Assembly (NCBI GenBank): GCA_965601925.1
Contig: OZ271854.1
Coordinates: forward strand, 2,400,001-2,464,000
Origin: Alkalispirochaeta sp.
Lineage (GTDB): Bacteria > Spirochaetota > Spirochaetia > DSM-27196 > Alkalispirochaetaceae
Direction: 5' to 3'
Length of the DNA stretch: 64,000 nt
The notes under the pieces were generated by a model, which ran no database searches, was not told the DNA's origin, and was given only the letters and a program-made list of their open reading frames with translations. The number at the start of each line of letters is the position of its first letter. Position 1 is the stretch's first letter. The position numbers and the translations under genes are program-made. This document shows, piece by piece, positions 48,119-57,966 of this stretch.

Positions 48119-49058
48119 CGGATTCACCCCTCGTTTGTTCGGTATTGTTGCGGAGTAGTTCGTATGCAAACTCGTCGAACGCGATGTGGTTATAGAGATA
48201 CTGATTCGGGTCTGCGAGAAACGGATTGTTGTTGTAGTGACCGCGATTGCCCTCGCTCGGCAGGTAGAAGTCGAGGCTCGCCCGCGCCTCGGCGTCTTCG
48301 GCGTAGATGGTCTTCAGACACCACAGGAGGAGCGAGTCGGAGCTGAACGAGTTGAGCGCACGGACGACGGTGCCGTAATCGCCGAAGATGGTGATCGTCG
48401 CGACGACGAAGATAATCACGTTGGTCGCGCCGAGGACGTTTAGCGAGTGGCGCCGGTTCTGTTCCAGGATTTTTCGGCCGAACTGAGCGACGTCCTCGGG
48501 CCGACTCGTACGATAGAACGAAATGTTTCCGAGGAACTCCGCCTTGCGAAAACGGTTCATCATCTCGTACGAAAGGTCGTCGTGACAGATCGTTAGCCCG
48601 TGCGCCACCACCTCGCGCACCGAGTCGATACTGTAATCGCCGTCGATTCCTTTGAGCCGTTCACCGCTGCGGCCTGTGCGTCGCGCCGCGGTTCCGGAGA
48701 GCAAATAGCGGTAGAGCAGGGGCTCGATCTGCACGTGCCGAACAAAGAGCTCCAGCGCGTCGTAGGAGGCGAAGTGCTTAATGCCGAAGGCGAGCACGCC
48801 GTCTATACATTTCTCCTCAAACCCCCACGCGCGGCGGTGGAGGAGAAACTTAAGGGGAATAATCGTCAGGCGCAGAAGGAAGTACACCGTCAGGAGAACC
48901 GGACGGATTACGCGATAGTCGAATCGGCGTCTTTCGCGTTCGAAGATTTCGTTTATGTAGTCGGTAAGATGCGGCAGCCTTTGCGTCGTACCGAAGACAT
49001 CTGCGGAATCGTCGAGCGTCCGGCGTGTTCCGTGTATCGATCCTTTTGAACTACCCAT
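48060..49058 (-). CDS. Hypothetical protein (possibly DUF6999-like; His/Glu motifs)
   Basis: About 330-aa ORF, co-oriented with and overlapping the ketosynthase start; RHVQIE, HDDL, HIAFDE. Family assignment is from memory and weak. Confidence 0.65.
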   Translation of the reverse strand: MGSSKGSIHGTRRTLDDSADVFGTTQRLPHLTDYINEIFERERRRFDYRVIRPVLLTVYFLLRLTIIPLKFLLHRRAWGFEEKCIDGVLAFGIKHFASYDALELFVRHVQIEPLLYRYLLSGTAARRTGRSGERLKGIDGDYSIDSVREVVAHGLTICHDDLSYEMMNRFRKAEFLGNISFYRTSRPEDVAQFGRKILEQNRRHSLNVLGATNVIIFVVATITIFGDYGTVVRALNSFSSDSLLLWCLKTIYAEDAEARASLDFYLPSEGNRGHYNNNPFLADPNQYLYNHIAFDEFAYELLRNNTEQTRGESDVRQLHHRHRRVSAGRSGR

Positions 49059-49148
49059 GTCAGTCTCCACAACAGCTCGGTATGGTGATGGTTACACCCA
49101 TCGTCGTGGAAAGGATGCTTCAGCACTCCATCGGCGCCCAAAAGAAGA

Positions 49149-49190
49149 TTTTTTAATAGAAAAATAATTCCGTATATATCTATTAAAAAA
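49149..49190. promoter_or_regulatory. AT-rich inverted repeat upstream of the ketosynthase cluster
   Basis: TTTTTTAATAGA-N18-TCTATTAAAAAA with perfect 12-bp arms. Confidence 0.6.
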
Positions 49191-49396
49191 CATGCTGTAC
49201 GGCTCAAATCGTGGCCGTGGACCGTTCGGCGTTACATTTCGCGAACCGACGCGGGTGCGTCGGTCCGGTGCTTACGGCGGTCCTCCCGTGGTGATGCCGG
49301 CCCCTGTCGCGGTTCTCTTTTAATGAATAGGCTCGCTGTTCTCGCGGATAGGATATGAACTGCGCGTGTCGTTCCGTCGTCGACACGCGCGGGACG

Positions 49397-50422
49397 CTAT
49401 CGCTCCCTCACCGCGCCGTTTTCAATCACCGTGTCCGCGCTCTCCACCACATCCGATGGAACGTCGATGCCGAGGCGGGAGGCGACGTCGAGATTCAACA
49501 CCATCGTCATTTCATCGGCGTCGTCGGCGAGAACCGTGGGGATCTCACCGGGATCTTCGCCTCGGAGTATTCGATCGACGAGCGCTCCGGTCGTGCGGCC
49601 GATGGCGTACCAATCAAATCCCCACGCAACGAATACCTCGTTGTCCGTCGCGCTCGCCGGATCGGCTGAGAGAATCGGAACGCCCGCCTCCACCGCCACC
49701 TCCGAAAGCGAGGCGAGGGCGGATACGACTTGGTTGTCCGTACTGACGTAGATTGCGTCGACGCGATCCATGATGGATTGAGCGGCACTGCGCACCTCGC
49801 TCGGATTGGTAATCGTCTGATCGACGAACTCGATGCCCAGCGCCGTCGCCGCAACGCGCGTTTGCTCGGCCAAAAAGACCGCGTTGGACTCCCCCGACGA
49901 ATAGATGTGGCCGAGAGTCCCGATATCGCGCAGGCCCATCATGAACTCGATCTGCTGTTGTACCGGTGTGCGATGGGAAACGCCGGCGATACCCGGTTCT
50001 CCCTCGGTCAGCGACGCGACGAGTCCCGCCGAGACCGGATCGGTTATCGCGGTGTACACGATCGGTATGCCGTCGAGAGCTGCCGTGAGCGCCTGGGCGA
50101 CCGGCGTCGCGATGCCCACGGCGAGGTCGACCCGGTCGCTCTGAAATTTGGCGGCGATCTGCCGCGCCGTGGCGATATCGGCGTTCGCGTTCTGCACGTC
50201 GTACTCGATCGCGTCCCAACCGCGTTCGGCGAGTTCGTCTACCAGCCCTTCGCGAACCGCATCCAACGCGGGGTGCGTAACGAACTGCGAGATGCCGATG
50301 CGCACCGCATCTCGCTCAGATTGTCCTTCCGCCGCGGCGCGTGGTATCGACAGCACGAGAAAGGCGATGCTGCAGAGCGTAACGACCAACAGCTGCGCGG
50401 CTCGACGACGTGTATGGTGCAT
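49397..50422 (-). CDS. ABC transporter substrate-binding protein (aromatic amino acid/TrpX-like)
   Basis: IGISQFVTHPALD, QNANAD, IATP.AQ, AITDPVSAGLV, TDN.V. Confidence 0.88.
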   Translation of the reverse strand: MHHTRRRAAQLLVVTLCSIAFLVLSIPRAAAEGQSERDAVRIGISQFVTHPALDAVREGLVDELAERGWDAIEYDVQNANADIATARQIAAKFQSDRVDLAVGIATPVAQALTAALDGIPIVYTAITDPVSAGLVASLTEGEPGIAGVSHRTPVQQQIEFMMGLRDIGTLGHIYSSGESNAVFLAEQTRVAATALGIEFVDQTITNPSEVRSAAQSIMDRVDAIYVSTDNQVVSALASLSEVAVEAGVPILSADPASATDNEVFVAWGFDWYAIGRTTGALVDRILRGEDPGEIPTVLADDADEMTMVLNLDVASRLGIDVPSDVVESADTVIENGAVRER

Positions 50423-50524
50423 GGGTACCTCCCTTTGAATCTACACATGCATCATAACGGCTTTCGCCCTTCGGTACGACCGGCGCCGGGCACAGTGCGT
50501 TGCCGCTATGGGTCAGTCGGAGCG

Positions 50525-51172
50525 TTAATCCTCGCGAACAGCAAGACCGGAGTGGAAGATGTGCTCGCGCATCTCGCGTTCCGCAACGTCCGGGTCCCCG
50601 CTCTCAAGGGCGCGCACGATGCGTCTGTGATTGTCCTCCGGGACCGGGGCGTGAATGCGCTTGGCGGTTAGTTCAGCCTTCTGCAGTAAGTTGAACAGAT
50701 TGATGCGTCGCAGCGCCTCGACGAGAGACGGGTGATTCGTGTGTTGAGCCAGTCGGAGATGGAATGCGTAGTGCTCATCCCAAAACTCGTCTTCGATGCG
50801 GTCCGACTTCTGAAATGCGTCGAGACGCGAGGCCATGGAGTGGAGAACTTCAAAATCACGTTCACTTAAGCGGTTGCATAAGATACGCACTACATGACAT
50901 TCGACCGCTTCACGCAACGCGTACCGGTCTTGAATGACCTCCCGTGTCAGTTCTATGACTCGAGAGCCCCACTGCGGCTTCGATTCAACCAGTCCCTCCG
51001 TCTCCAGGCGGTGCAACGCCTCGATGACCGGTATGATGCTCACGCCGGACAGTTCGGCCATCTTGCGACGGCTGAGTTTGGTTCCCGGCGGTAACGCCCC
51101 CGACAGAATACGCGAGCAAATCGCGTCATACGCGATATCCGCCGATGTGCGAAACGACGCCTGTGAGCCCAT
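50525..51172 (-). CDS. GntR family regulator with FCD domain
   Basis: ILSGALPPG, GVS..PV.EAL.RL..EGLV, H..FH, H..I..AL..GD. Confidence 0.92.
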   Translation of the reverse strand: MGSQASFRTSADIAYDAICSRILSGALPPGTKLSRRKMAELSGVSIIPVIEALHRLETEGLVESKPQWGSRVIELTREVIQDRYALREAVECHVVRILCNRLSERDFEVLHSMASRLDAFQKSDRIEDEFWDEHYAFHLRLAQHTNHPSLVEALRRINLFNLLQKAELTAKRIHAPVPEDNHRRIVRALESGDPDVAEREMREHIFHSGLAVRED

Positions 51173-51201
51173 GGTAGATAGCACCTCTCAAGCGAGAATA
51201 T

Positions 51202-51323
51202 CTGTTATAACAGCGTCGCGTCAATCTTGCGTCTCGAGGCTTGTCGTTTTCGCACGTGGCAAATCCTGTTGACAACGGGAGCGTCTCCGCTTACTATGGT
51301 CCAACTAACTGTTATAACAGTTA
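51202..51323. promoter_or_regulatory. Two GntR-type operators and the promoter of the sugar ABC operon
   Basis: CTGTTATAACAG at 51202-51213 and TAACTGTTATAACAGTTA at 51306-51323; plus-strand TTGACA (51269)-17-TACTAT (51292). Confidence 0.85.
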
Positions 51324-51383
51324 TGTGTCTTGATCGCTTTCATGTTTTCAAAAGAGGCCGGAGCCCGTGCAAGGAGGTGCAGG

Positions 51384-52646
51384 ATGAGGAAGCTGATATC
51401 CGTGGTGACCGTTATCTGCGTAGCGGTGCCGATCGTTTTTGCAGCCGGAGGGGCTGAGGAGGCGGCGGAAGACGAGGTAACTATCGAGGTGCTTAGTTGG
51501 CGCTTCGATCCCGATGAGGAGCTGTGGAACGCCATGATCGAGGCGTTCAACGAGGTCCATCCGAATATTCGGGTCAATAAGCAAATGATCCCGCAGGGTG
51601 AAATGGAACAACAGGTAACGACAATGCTGCGCTCACCGCAAGGAATCGATGTGGTGTGGACCGATTCGGGGCGGAATCGTGCGTTTGCCGAGCGAGGATT
51701 GCTCGAGGATCTCGGCCCATGGTTCGAACGGGACGGAATCGACTTGATGAATGAGTACTTCGCCCGGAGCATCAATGACCATATGTGGGACGGTGCTGTT
51801 CTGGGCTGGCCCTCGGTGCCGATGAGTTATCTGATTTTTTACAATCGAGATCTTTTCGATGCCGCCGGCGTCGCCTATCCGTCAAACGACTGGACGATCG
51901 AAGAGTTCGTCGAGACGGCTCTGGCGGTGACCGACACCGATCGAAATATCTACGGATTCGGTCAGCGCATCTGGATGGGAACGTACGATCTGGCCTTCAT
52001 TCGTGCCTACGGCGGGGACTTTTTTACTTCAGACGGCGAGCGATCGGCGCTAACGCACCCCGGGACCGTCGCGGCGTACGAGCTTCTGCAGGCGCTCATC
52101 CACGACTACGGCGCGTCGCCGCCCCTCGGCGAGGAGATCGGGTTCGAAGCGGGACGCGTCGCTATGAACTGGTCCGGTAGCTGGGACATCGCCGGGACCG
52201 AGGGCGCCGACCCGAAATGGAACTTCGACTGGGGCGTCGTGTTGCCCCCGAGGGGACCGGAAGGACAGTATCCGATCGTGATCTCGAATGCGTGGGCGAT
52301 GATCAATCGCAGCGAGCGCAAGGACGCCGCGTGGGAGTTCATGAAGTTTTGGCAAGGGGCCGACGGGCAGCGCATTCTGTCGCAGTTCGGCGAGTTTCCC
52401 GCGCTGCAGGCTGTGGCTCGCGAGACGGCGTGGCCGCATATGACCGCCGAGGACCGCGATACGATGTGGCGCTCCTTCGATGAAGCCATCGCCCGTTCGA
52501 CCGACCATCCGGGCTGGGTGCGTGCGGAGCAGCAGATCTTCACGCCCTATCGCGAGCGTATGTTTCTCGGCCGGGAGGACGTACGCACGGTGCTTGGGGA
52601 GGCCGCCCGCGAGATAGACGAGTACTTGGTCGATATCGGGTTTTAA
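51384..52646 (+). CDS. Carbohydrate ABC transporter substrate-binding protein
   Basis: Signal peptide with AAGGAEE leader; FYNRDLFDAAGV.YP, AAWEFMKF; AGGAGG RBS. Confidence 0.93.
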   Translation: MRKLISVVTVICVAVPIVFAAGGAEEAAEDEVTIEVLSWRFDPDEELWNAMIEAFNEVHPNIRVNKQMIPQGEMEQQVTTMLRSPQGIDVVWTDSGRNRAFAERGLLEDLGPWFERDGIDLMNEYFARSINDHMWDGAVLGWPSVPMSYLIFYNRDLFDAAGVAYPSNDWTIEEFVETALAVTDTDRNIYGFGQRIWMGTYDLAFIRAYGGDFFTSDGERSALTHPGTVAAYELLQALIHDYGASPPLGEEIGFEAGRVAMNWSGSWDIAGTEGADPKWNFDWGVVLPPRGPEGQYPIVISNAWAMINRSERKDAAWEFMKFWQGADGQRILSQFGEFPALQAVARETAWPHMTAEDRDTMWRSFDEAIARSTDHPGWVRAEQQIFTPYRERMFLGREDVRTVLGEAAREIDEYLVDIGF

Positions 52647-52657
52647 AGCACTTCCAC

Positions 52658-52716
52658 GCGTTCCCATGGACTCGGGAACGCACGATGTGATCCGATACAT
52701 CGCGTGTCGGATCACA
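52658..52716 (+). other. Two intergenic stem-loops after the binding-protein gene (mRNA stabiliser or attenuator)
   Basis: GCGTTCCC/GGGAACGC (52658-52681) and TGTGATCCGATAC/GTGTCGGATCACA (52686-52716); no U-tract. Confidence 0.6.
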
Positions 52717-52768
52717 GGCGGAGTCGGTCGGTCGTTGCAGTCCGCTGCCGAGGTTCGGGAGGTCGGTA

Positions 52769-53668
52769 ATGGGACGATGGAAATATATGGGGCGCATGGC
52801 GCGGCGTGAAGCGATGTGGGGCTGGATCCTCGCCGGTCCATGGGTTATCGGCTTCTTGTTCCTCACCGCCGGCGCCATGGGGTACGCCTTAGTGATGAGC
52901 TTTACCCGCTGGGACATGATAAACGAACCGGCGTGGATCGGCCTGGAGAACTACCGACATATGGTCTCCGCCGACCGACTCGTATGGCACAGTATACGAA
53001 TCACCACGATCTACACGGCGATGAATGTGCCTCTGTTGGTAATCACCGGCCTTGCTATGGCGCTGCTTTTGAACAAGCCGATACGCGCACGAGGGGTATT
53101 CCGTACCCTCCTATATATGCCCTCCGTACTACCGGAAATCGCCGTAATCATGGTCTGGCTACTCGTCTATAATCCGACCTTCGGTCTCGCCAACAGCCTT
53201 CTGCAGATCTTCGGAGTAGAGGGCCCGCACTGGTTGGGTGACCCGAGTACCGCGCTACCGGCGATCGTCGTTATGAGTATCTGGGGTGTCGGCGGTGGAA
53301 TGCTGATCTATCTCGCCGGCCTCCAGGGTATTCCTACCGATCTCTACGAGGCGGCTACGATTGACGGGGCGTCCGCGGCGCGAAAGTTCATCCGTATCAC
53401 CGTGCCGATGCTCTCCCCGGTGATTTTCTTCAACTTCATTATGGGGCTCATCGGTTCGTTGCAGGCCTTCAATCAGGCGTACGTCATGACCGAGGGTGGG
53501 CCGGTTCGGGCGACGTACTTCCTCATGCTGCACCTATACATACAGGGGTTTCGCAACTTCGATATGGGCTACGCCTCCGCGTTGGCGTGGCTGTTGTTTC
53601 TCTATATCGGGCTCATTACGATCGCCGTTTTCGCCGTGAGTCGCCGGGTCGTGTACTACGAGAGCTGA
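52769..53668 (+). CDS. Carbohydrate ABC transporter permease
   Basis: IGLENY, LYEAATIDGA (EAA motif), MGYASALAW. Confidence 0.95.
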   Translation: MGRWKYMGRMARREAMWGWILAGPWVIGFLFLTAGAMGYALVMSFTRWDMINEPAWIGLENYRHMVSADRLVWHSIRITTIYTAMNVPLLVITGLAMALLLNKPIRARGVFRTLLYMPSVLPEIAVIMVWLLVYNPTFGLANSLLQIFGVEGPHWLGDPSTALPAIVVMSIWGVGGGMLIYLAGLQGIPTDLYEAATIDGASAARKFIRITVPMLSPVIFFNFIMGLIGSLQAFNQAYVMTEGGPVRATYFLMLHLYIQGFRNFDMGYASALAWLLFLYIGLITIAVFAVSRRVVYYES

Positions 53669-53677
53669 GGGAGTTCG

Positions 53678-54598
53678 ATGCATAACAGATACGACGTATC
53701 ACCGGTCGTCACCGCGCCGACCGGTGAACCGACCGAGAAGTCGAGCGGCGAGGTAGAGTGGTGGAGGCGCACGAGCGTGCGCTCAAGGGCGTCGCGCATA
53801 CTCGTATATGTGTCGCTCTCCCTCTTCGTGGCGATTTTTCTGATTCCCTTCCTGTGGATGCTCTCGACCTCTCTCAAGAACGCCTCCCAGGTCTTTACCT
53901 GGCCGATCGAGTGGATTCCGCGACCGTTTCGATGGCAGAACTACGGTATCGCGATGCAGCGCAGACCCTTCGGGCTCTACGCGGTTAACTCGCTCATCGT
54001 GTCGGGGGGCAGTGTCGTCGGTCAGGTCGCTTCGGCGACGCTCGTCGGCTACTCGTTTGCACGACTGAAGTGGCCGGGACGAAATCTGCTCTTCGGACTA
54101 CTCATCAGTACGCTGATGTTGCCCAACAGCGTCATGTTGTTACCGCGCTACATCATTTTCGCTCAACTGCGGTGGGTAAACACCTTTCTACCCCTCGTTG
54201 TGCCGGAGTTCTTCGGATCGGCCTTTTCGATCTTTCTCGTGCGGCAGTTCATGCGCACTTTGCCGCTCTCGCTCGATGAGTCGGCGCGTATGGACGGATG
54301 CGGCCACCTGGGGATTCTGTTCCGTATTCTGCTTCCCTTAAGTAAACCCGTGCTCATTATCGTGGCGGTCAATACATTCCGCTTCAATTGGAATGACTTT
54401 CTCCAACCTCTGGTCTATTTGAACGATCGGGCGTTGTGGACCCTACCGCTCGGTTTGCGCGCCTTCGAGCAGGCCTTCACCGTGGAGTGGAATCTCCTGA
54501 TGGCCGCGTCGATCGTCGTCATGCTGCCGGTATTGCTGCTGTTTTTCGCGGCCCAGAGATGGTTCATCCAAGGCATCGTCTTTACCGGTATCAAGTAG
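53678..54598 (+). CDS. Carbohydrate ABC transporter permease
   Basis: LDESARMDG, WNDFLQPL, AQRWFIQGI. Confidence 0.95.
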   Translation: MHNRYDVSPVVTAPTGEPTEKSSGEVEWWRRTSVRSRASRILVYVSLSLFVAIFLIPFLWMLSTSLKNASQVFTWPIEWIPRPFRWQNYGIAMQRRPFGLYAVNSLIVSGGSVVGQVASATLVGYSFARLKWPGRNLLFGLLISTLMLPNSVMLLPRYIIFAQLRWVNTFLPLVVPEFFGSAFSIFLVRQFMRTLPLSLDESARMDGCGHLGILFRILLPLSKPVLIIVAVNTFRFNWNDFLQPLVYLNDRALWTLPLGLRAFEQAFTVEWNLLMAASIVVMLPVLLLFFAAQRWFIQGIVFTGIK

Positions 54599-54666
54599 GA
54601 GTTCAACGATACATCGGCGGCATGACCGACCGACAACGATACATCCGTGCGAAGGAGGCATGAACC

Positions 54667-55785
54667 ATGAAGGACACCGTCCTGTACGACAGGATATTCG
54701 GATGCATCGCCGGCTCCCGAATCGGGTCGGCGATGGGCGCGGCGACCGAAGGCATGACGCGCGATCAGATTCGTGAGACGTTCGGGCGCGTCGAGACGCT
54801 CTTGCCGTACGAGAAGCACGAAAACGATGTGCGATGGCACAACAGTACGCAAGTGTTCCACTACAAGGCGCATAAGCGTCCCGCCGGTACGACCGAAGAC
54901 GGAATCGAGCGGCAGAAGCTCATTTGCAACGCAATCGCCGAAAAGAACGGCCGAGTTAATGCCGAGGATGTCGCGCGAATCTGGGTCAGAGACATGAAGG
55001 TCGAGAACTTCGGCTACCTGATCGAGCCGTGTGACAATCTCCCGTATTATCTCGCCCGCGCCGGATTGTATCCCCGCGCGATCGGACAGTACAACGAATG
55101 GCCCGGCATCATCTCCATCGCCCGCTCGATCCACCCGATCGGGCTGGTCAACGCGTGCAACCCCGAGAGCGCGGCCGAGGACGCGCGCGAGATCGCGAGC
55201 CTCTATCAGCCGCATCAGGGTGTCGGTATCCCGTATACGCGGGCGTACGCCGCAGCGATCGCCGAGGCGGTCAAGCCGAACGCCACGTTCGACGACGCGC
55301 TGCGTGCGATGTTCGAGTACGGCGGGAGCGCGGTGCGGGAGGATGTCGAGAAGGCGCTTGAGGTGGCCGCGAGGCGGAACGATTTCGAGGAGGCTATCGA
55401 TGAGATAAACGCGAGTTTCACATCCGACGGTATCTACATGAGTTACTCCGAGGAGCTCATACCCCGAGCCTGCGCGATCGTCTATATCTGCAAGGCCGAT
55501 CCGCGGGAGTGTTGTATTGCCGGAACGAACGCCGGGCGCGATACCGACTGCGTAACCGCCCTGGCGGCGGGGCTCGCCGGTGCGCTCGCCGGGAAATCGA
55601 CCATCCCCGACGAGTGGGTGGAGACGGTCGATCGCGCCACCGTTCTCGTTCCCTGGTCGGTGTGTAAGAAGTCGCTCGAAGAGGTGAGCACCGATCTGTA
55701 TCGCGCCGTTCAGCACGAGGCGGGGCAGACTCGGCGGCGATTGGCTCTGTTGGACGAACTGACCCACGCGCAACCGCGCTCATAG
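54667..55785 (+). CDS. ADP-ribosylglycohydrolase (DraG/ARH) family protein
   Basis: GSAMGAATEG, GTTEDG, NAGRDTDC..A.A..LAGAL.G...IP.EW. Confidence 0.88.
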   Translation: MKDTVLYDRIFGCIAGSRIGSAMGAATEGMTRDQIRETFGRVETLLPYEKHENDVRWHNSTQVFHYKAHKRPAGTTEDGIERQKLICNAIAEKNGRVNAEDVARIWVRDMKVENFGYLIEPCDNLPYYLARAGLYPRAIGQYNEWPGIISIARSIHPIGLVNACNPESAAEDAREIASLYQPHQGVGIPYTRAYAAAIAEAVKPNATFDDALRAMFEYGGSAVREDVEKALEVAARRNDFEEAIDEINASFTSDGIYMSYSEELIPRACAIVYICKADPRECCIAGTNAGRDTDCVTALAAGLAGALAGKSTIPDEWVETVDRATVLVPWSVCKKSLEEVSTDLYRAVQHEAGQTRRRLALLDELTHAQPRS

Positions 55786-55824
55786 TTCCGACGATATTCG
55801 CCGTACCGAAAGGAGTACACCGAC

Positions 55825-57450
55825 ATGCGAAATCGACGACCACCGCAATGGTTCGCCGAGGCGGTCTTTTACGAGATTTATCCACAGACCTTTTTCGACA
55901 CCAACGGAGACGGAATCGGCGACATCCCCGGGATGATCGAGAAGCTCGACTACATCGAGTCGCTCGGCGTCAACGGTATCTGGATTAATCCGTGCTTCGC
56001 CTCCCCGTTTTACGACGCCGGCTACGACGTATCGGACTACTATCGCGTCGCGCCGCGCTACGGAACCAACGACGACCTCCGATTGTTTGTCGAGGCGGCG
56101 CACGGGCGCGGTATTCGCGTGCTCCTGGACTTGGTGCCGGGACACACGTCGGTCGACCATCCGTGGTTTCAGCAATCGGCGCAGGTTGAGCCGAATGAGC
56201 TCAGCGATCGTTACATCTGGACCGATTCGGTCTGGGAGCACACGTTCGATATTCCGCTGGAGGCTGTGCGCGGTTACTCGGCACGAAACGGCAAGTACAT
56301 GGCGAACTTCTTCTATACGCAACCGGCCCTCAATTACGGGTTCGCCGAACCCGATCCGGCGCGACCGTGGCAGAAACCAGTCGATCACCCGGCGGTTCGC
56401 CGTCTGCGACGAGAACTGATGGACATCATGCGCTTCTGGTTGGACACGGGTGTCGACGGGTTCCGCGTCGACATGGCGTACTCCCTCGTCAAGAACGATC
56501 CGGGGCGCCGAAAGACGACCGAGCTATGGCACGAGATACGAGATCATCTCGATCGCGAGTATCCCGACGCCGTCTTGGTCGCCGAATGGCACGAGCCGGT
56601 GGAAGCGCTCCGGGCCTACTTCGACGCGTGCTTCCTGCTGCCGTTCGATGCGCCCGTCCTGGGAGCGTTTCGCGATGCACGCAATCGCTGGAGCGTCGAC
56701 TATTCACATGCATATTTCCACCCCACCGGACGCGGTACGCTTGCGCCGCTGTTGGCCGAGCTTGGGACGACCATCACCGACGAGGTTCCCGGATATCCGG
56801 CCCTCGCCGCCGGAAACCACGACGTCATGCGAGTCAACGTGGGCCGTTCGGTCGATGATCTCGAGTTGATACACGCCTTCACCCTGTTCATGCCCGGAGT
56901 GCCGTTCATCTACTACGGGGACGAAATCGGTATGGAGGATTCGACCGGTATTCCATCCGTGGAGGGTGGATACGAACGAACCTCGGCGCGGACGCCCATG
57001 CAGTGGACGAAGGGGCGCAATGCCGGTTTTTCGCGCGCCGCCGAGGACACGCTGTATACCGTACCGGTGCGGTGGGATCCCGAGCGCACCGTCGAGGCTC
57101 AAGACGGCGTCGAGGACTCGTTGTTAAACAGGGTGCGTCGTCTCATACGGTTGGTGCGCAGCGAGCGCGCCTTCAACGCCGATGCAGCCTTCGACGTGCT
57201 CTCCGCCGAGCCGAACGAGTATCCGTTCGTCTTCATGCGCTCATCGGCCTCCGCACGCTTTCTCGTCGTTATGAACCCGAGCGGCCGTGAGGCCGAAGCG
57301 ATGATTCCCACCGCCGGCCGGGATATCGATCTCGCGCAGTCGCGACGTATCCACGGGTCTGCGGGAGTGTCGGTCCACCAGAGCGGCGGTCGGTCTACCG
57401 TCACCGCGAGTGCACGTTCTTATGCCGTGTTTACGATTGACGGCGCCTGA
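55825..57450 (+). CDS. GH13 alpha-amylase family glycoside hydrolase
   Basis: FYEIYP..F.DTNGDGIGD, DLVPGH, DGFRVDMA, AEW, NHD, YYGDEIGM, RTPMQW. Confidence 0.93.
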   Translation: MRNRRPPQWFAEAVFYEIYPQTFFDTNGDGIGDIPGMIEKLDYIESLGVNGIWINPCFASPFYDAGYDVSDYYRVAPRYGTNDDLRLFVEAAHGRGIRVLLDLVPGHTSVDHPWFQQSAQVEPNELSDRYIWTDSVWEHTFDIPLEAVRGYSARNGKYMANFFYTQPALNYGFAEPDPARPWQKPVDHPAVRRLRRELMDIMRFWLDTGVDGFRVDMAYSLVKNDPGRRKTTELWHEIRDHLDREYPDAVLVAEWHEPVEALRAYFDACFLLPFDAPVLGAFRDARNRWSVDYSHAYFHPTGRGTLAPLLAELGTTITDEVPGYPALAAGNHDVMRVNVGRSVDDLELIHAFTLFMPGVPFIYYGDEIGMEDSTGIPSVEGGYERTSARTPMQWTKGRNAGFSRAAEDTLYTVPVRWDPERTVEAQDGVEDSLLNRVRRLIRLVRSERAFNADAAFDVLSAEPNEYPFVFMRSSASARFLVVMNPSGREAEAMIPTAGRDIDLAQSRRIHGSAGVSVHQSGGRSTVTASARSYAVFTIDGA

Positions 57451-57510
57451 GAAAAACGGTCGGTGCGATCGCCGATGCGCGGTTGAAGGCGATGCACGGG
57501 AGGAGGCGCA

Positions 57511-57966
57511 ATGCGCATTGCAGTAGGAGCCGATCACGCCGGATTTCCCATGAAAGATTCGGTCATCCGGATGCTGGGGGATCTCGGCGTGGCGACCCTG
57601 GATCTCGGAACCGACAGCGCGGAACCGGTCGACTTCCCCGAGGTGTCGCAGCGGGTGTGCTCGGCAGTACTATCCGGTACCGTCGACCGGGCGGTCCTTG
57701 TCTGCGGGACGGGGGTGGGCGCCTCGATTGCGGCCAACAAGATCGCCGGTATCCGTGCCGGGCTTATCCACGACGTTCACAGCGCCCATCAGGCGGTCGA
57801 ACATGACAACATCAACGTGCTGTGCATGGGGGCGCAGATCATCGGCGCGTGGCTCGCCGGCGATATTCTGAAGGCCTTTGTCGAGGCGGAGTTCTCAACG
57901 GAGGCGCCGTTTCGCCGTCGCGTTGCGCAGTTGGCCGACCTCGACCGCACAAGGGGGACACCATAA
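57511..57966 (+). CDS. rpiB: RpiB/LacAB family sugar-phosphate isomerase
   Basis: GADHAG, CGTGVG, ANK..GIRA, EHDNINVLCMG. Confidence 0.88.
   Translation: MRIAVGADHAGFPMKDSVIRMLGDLGVATLDLGTDSAEPVDFPEVSQRVCSAVLSGTVDRAVLVCGTGVGASIAANKIAGIRAGLIHDVHSAHQAVEHDNINVLCMGAQIIGAWLAGDILKAFVEAEFSTEAPFRRRVAQLADLDRTRGTP

Noticed and set aside
54415..55773. 452-aa minus-strand ORF
   Set aside because: Antisense to the ARH-family gene, which has clear motifs and an RBS.
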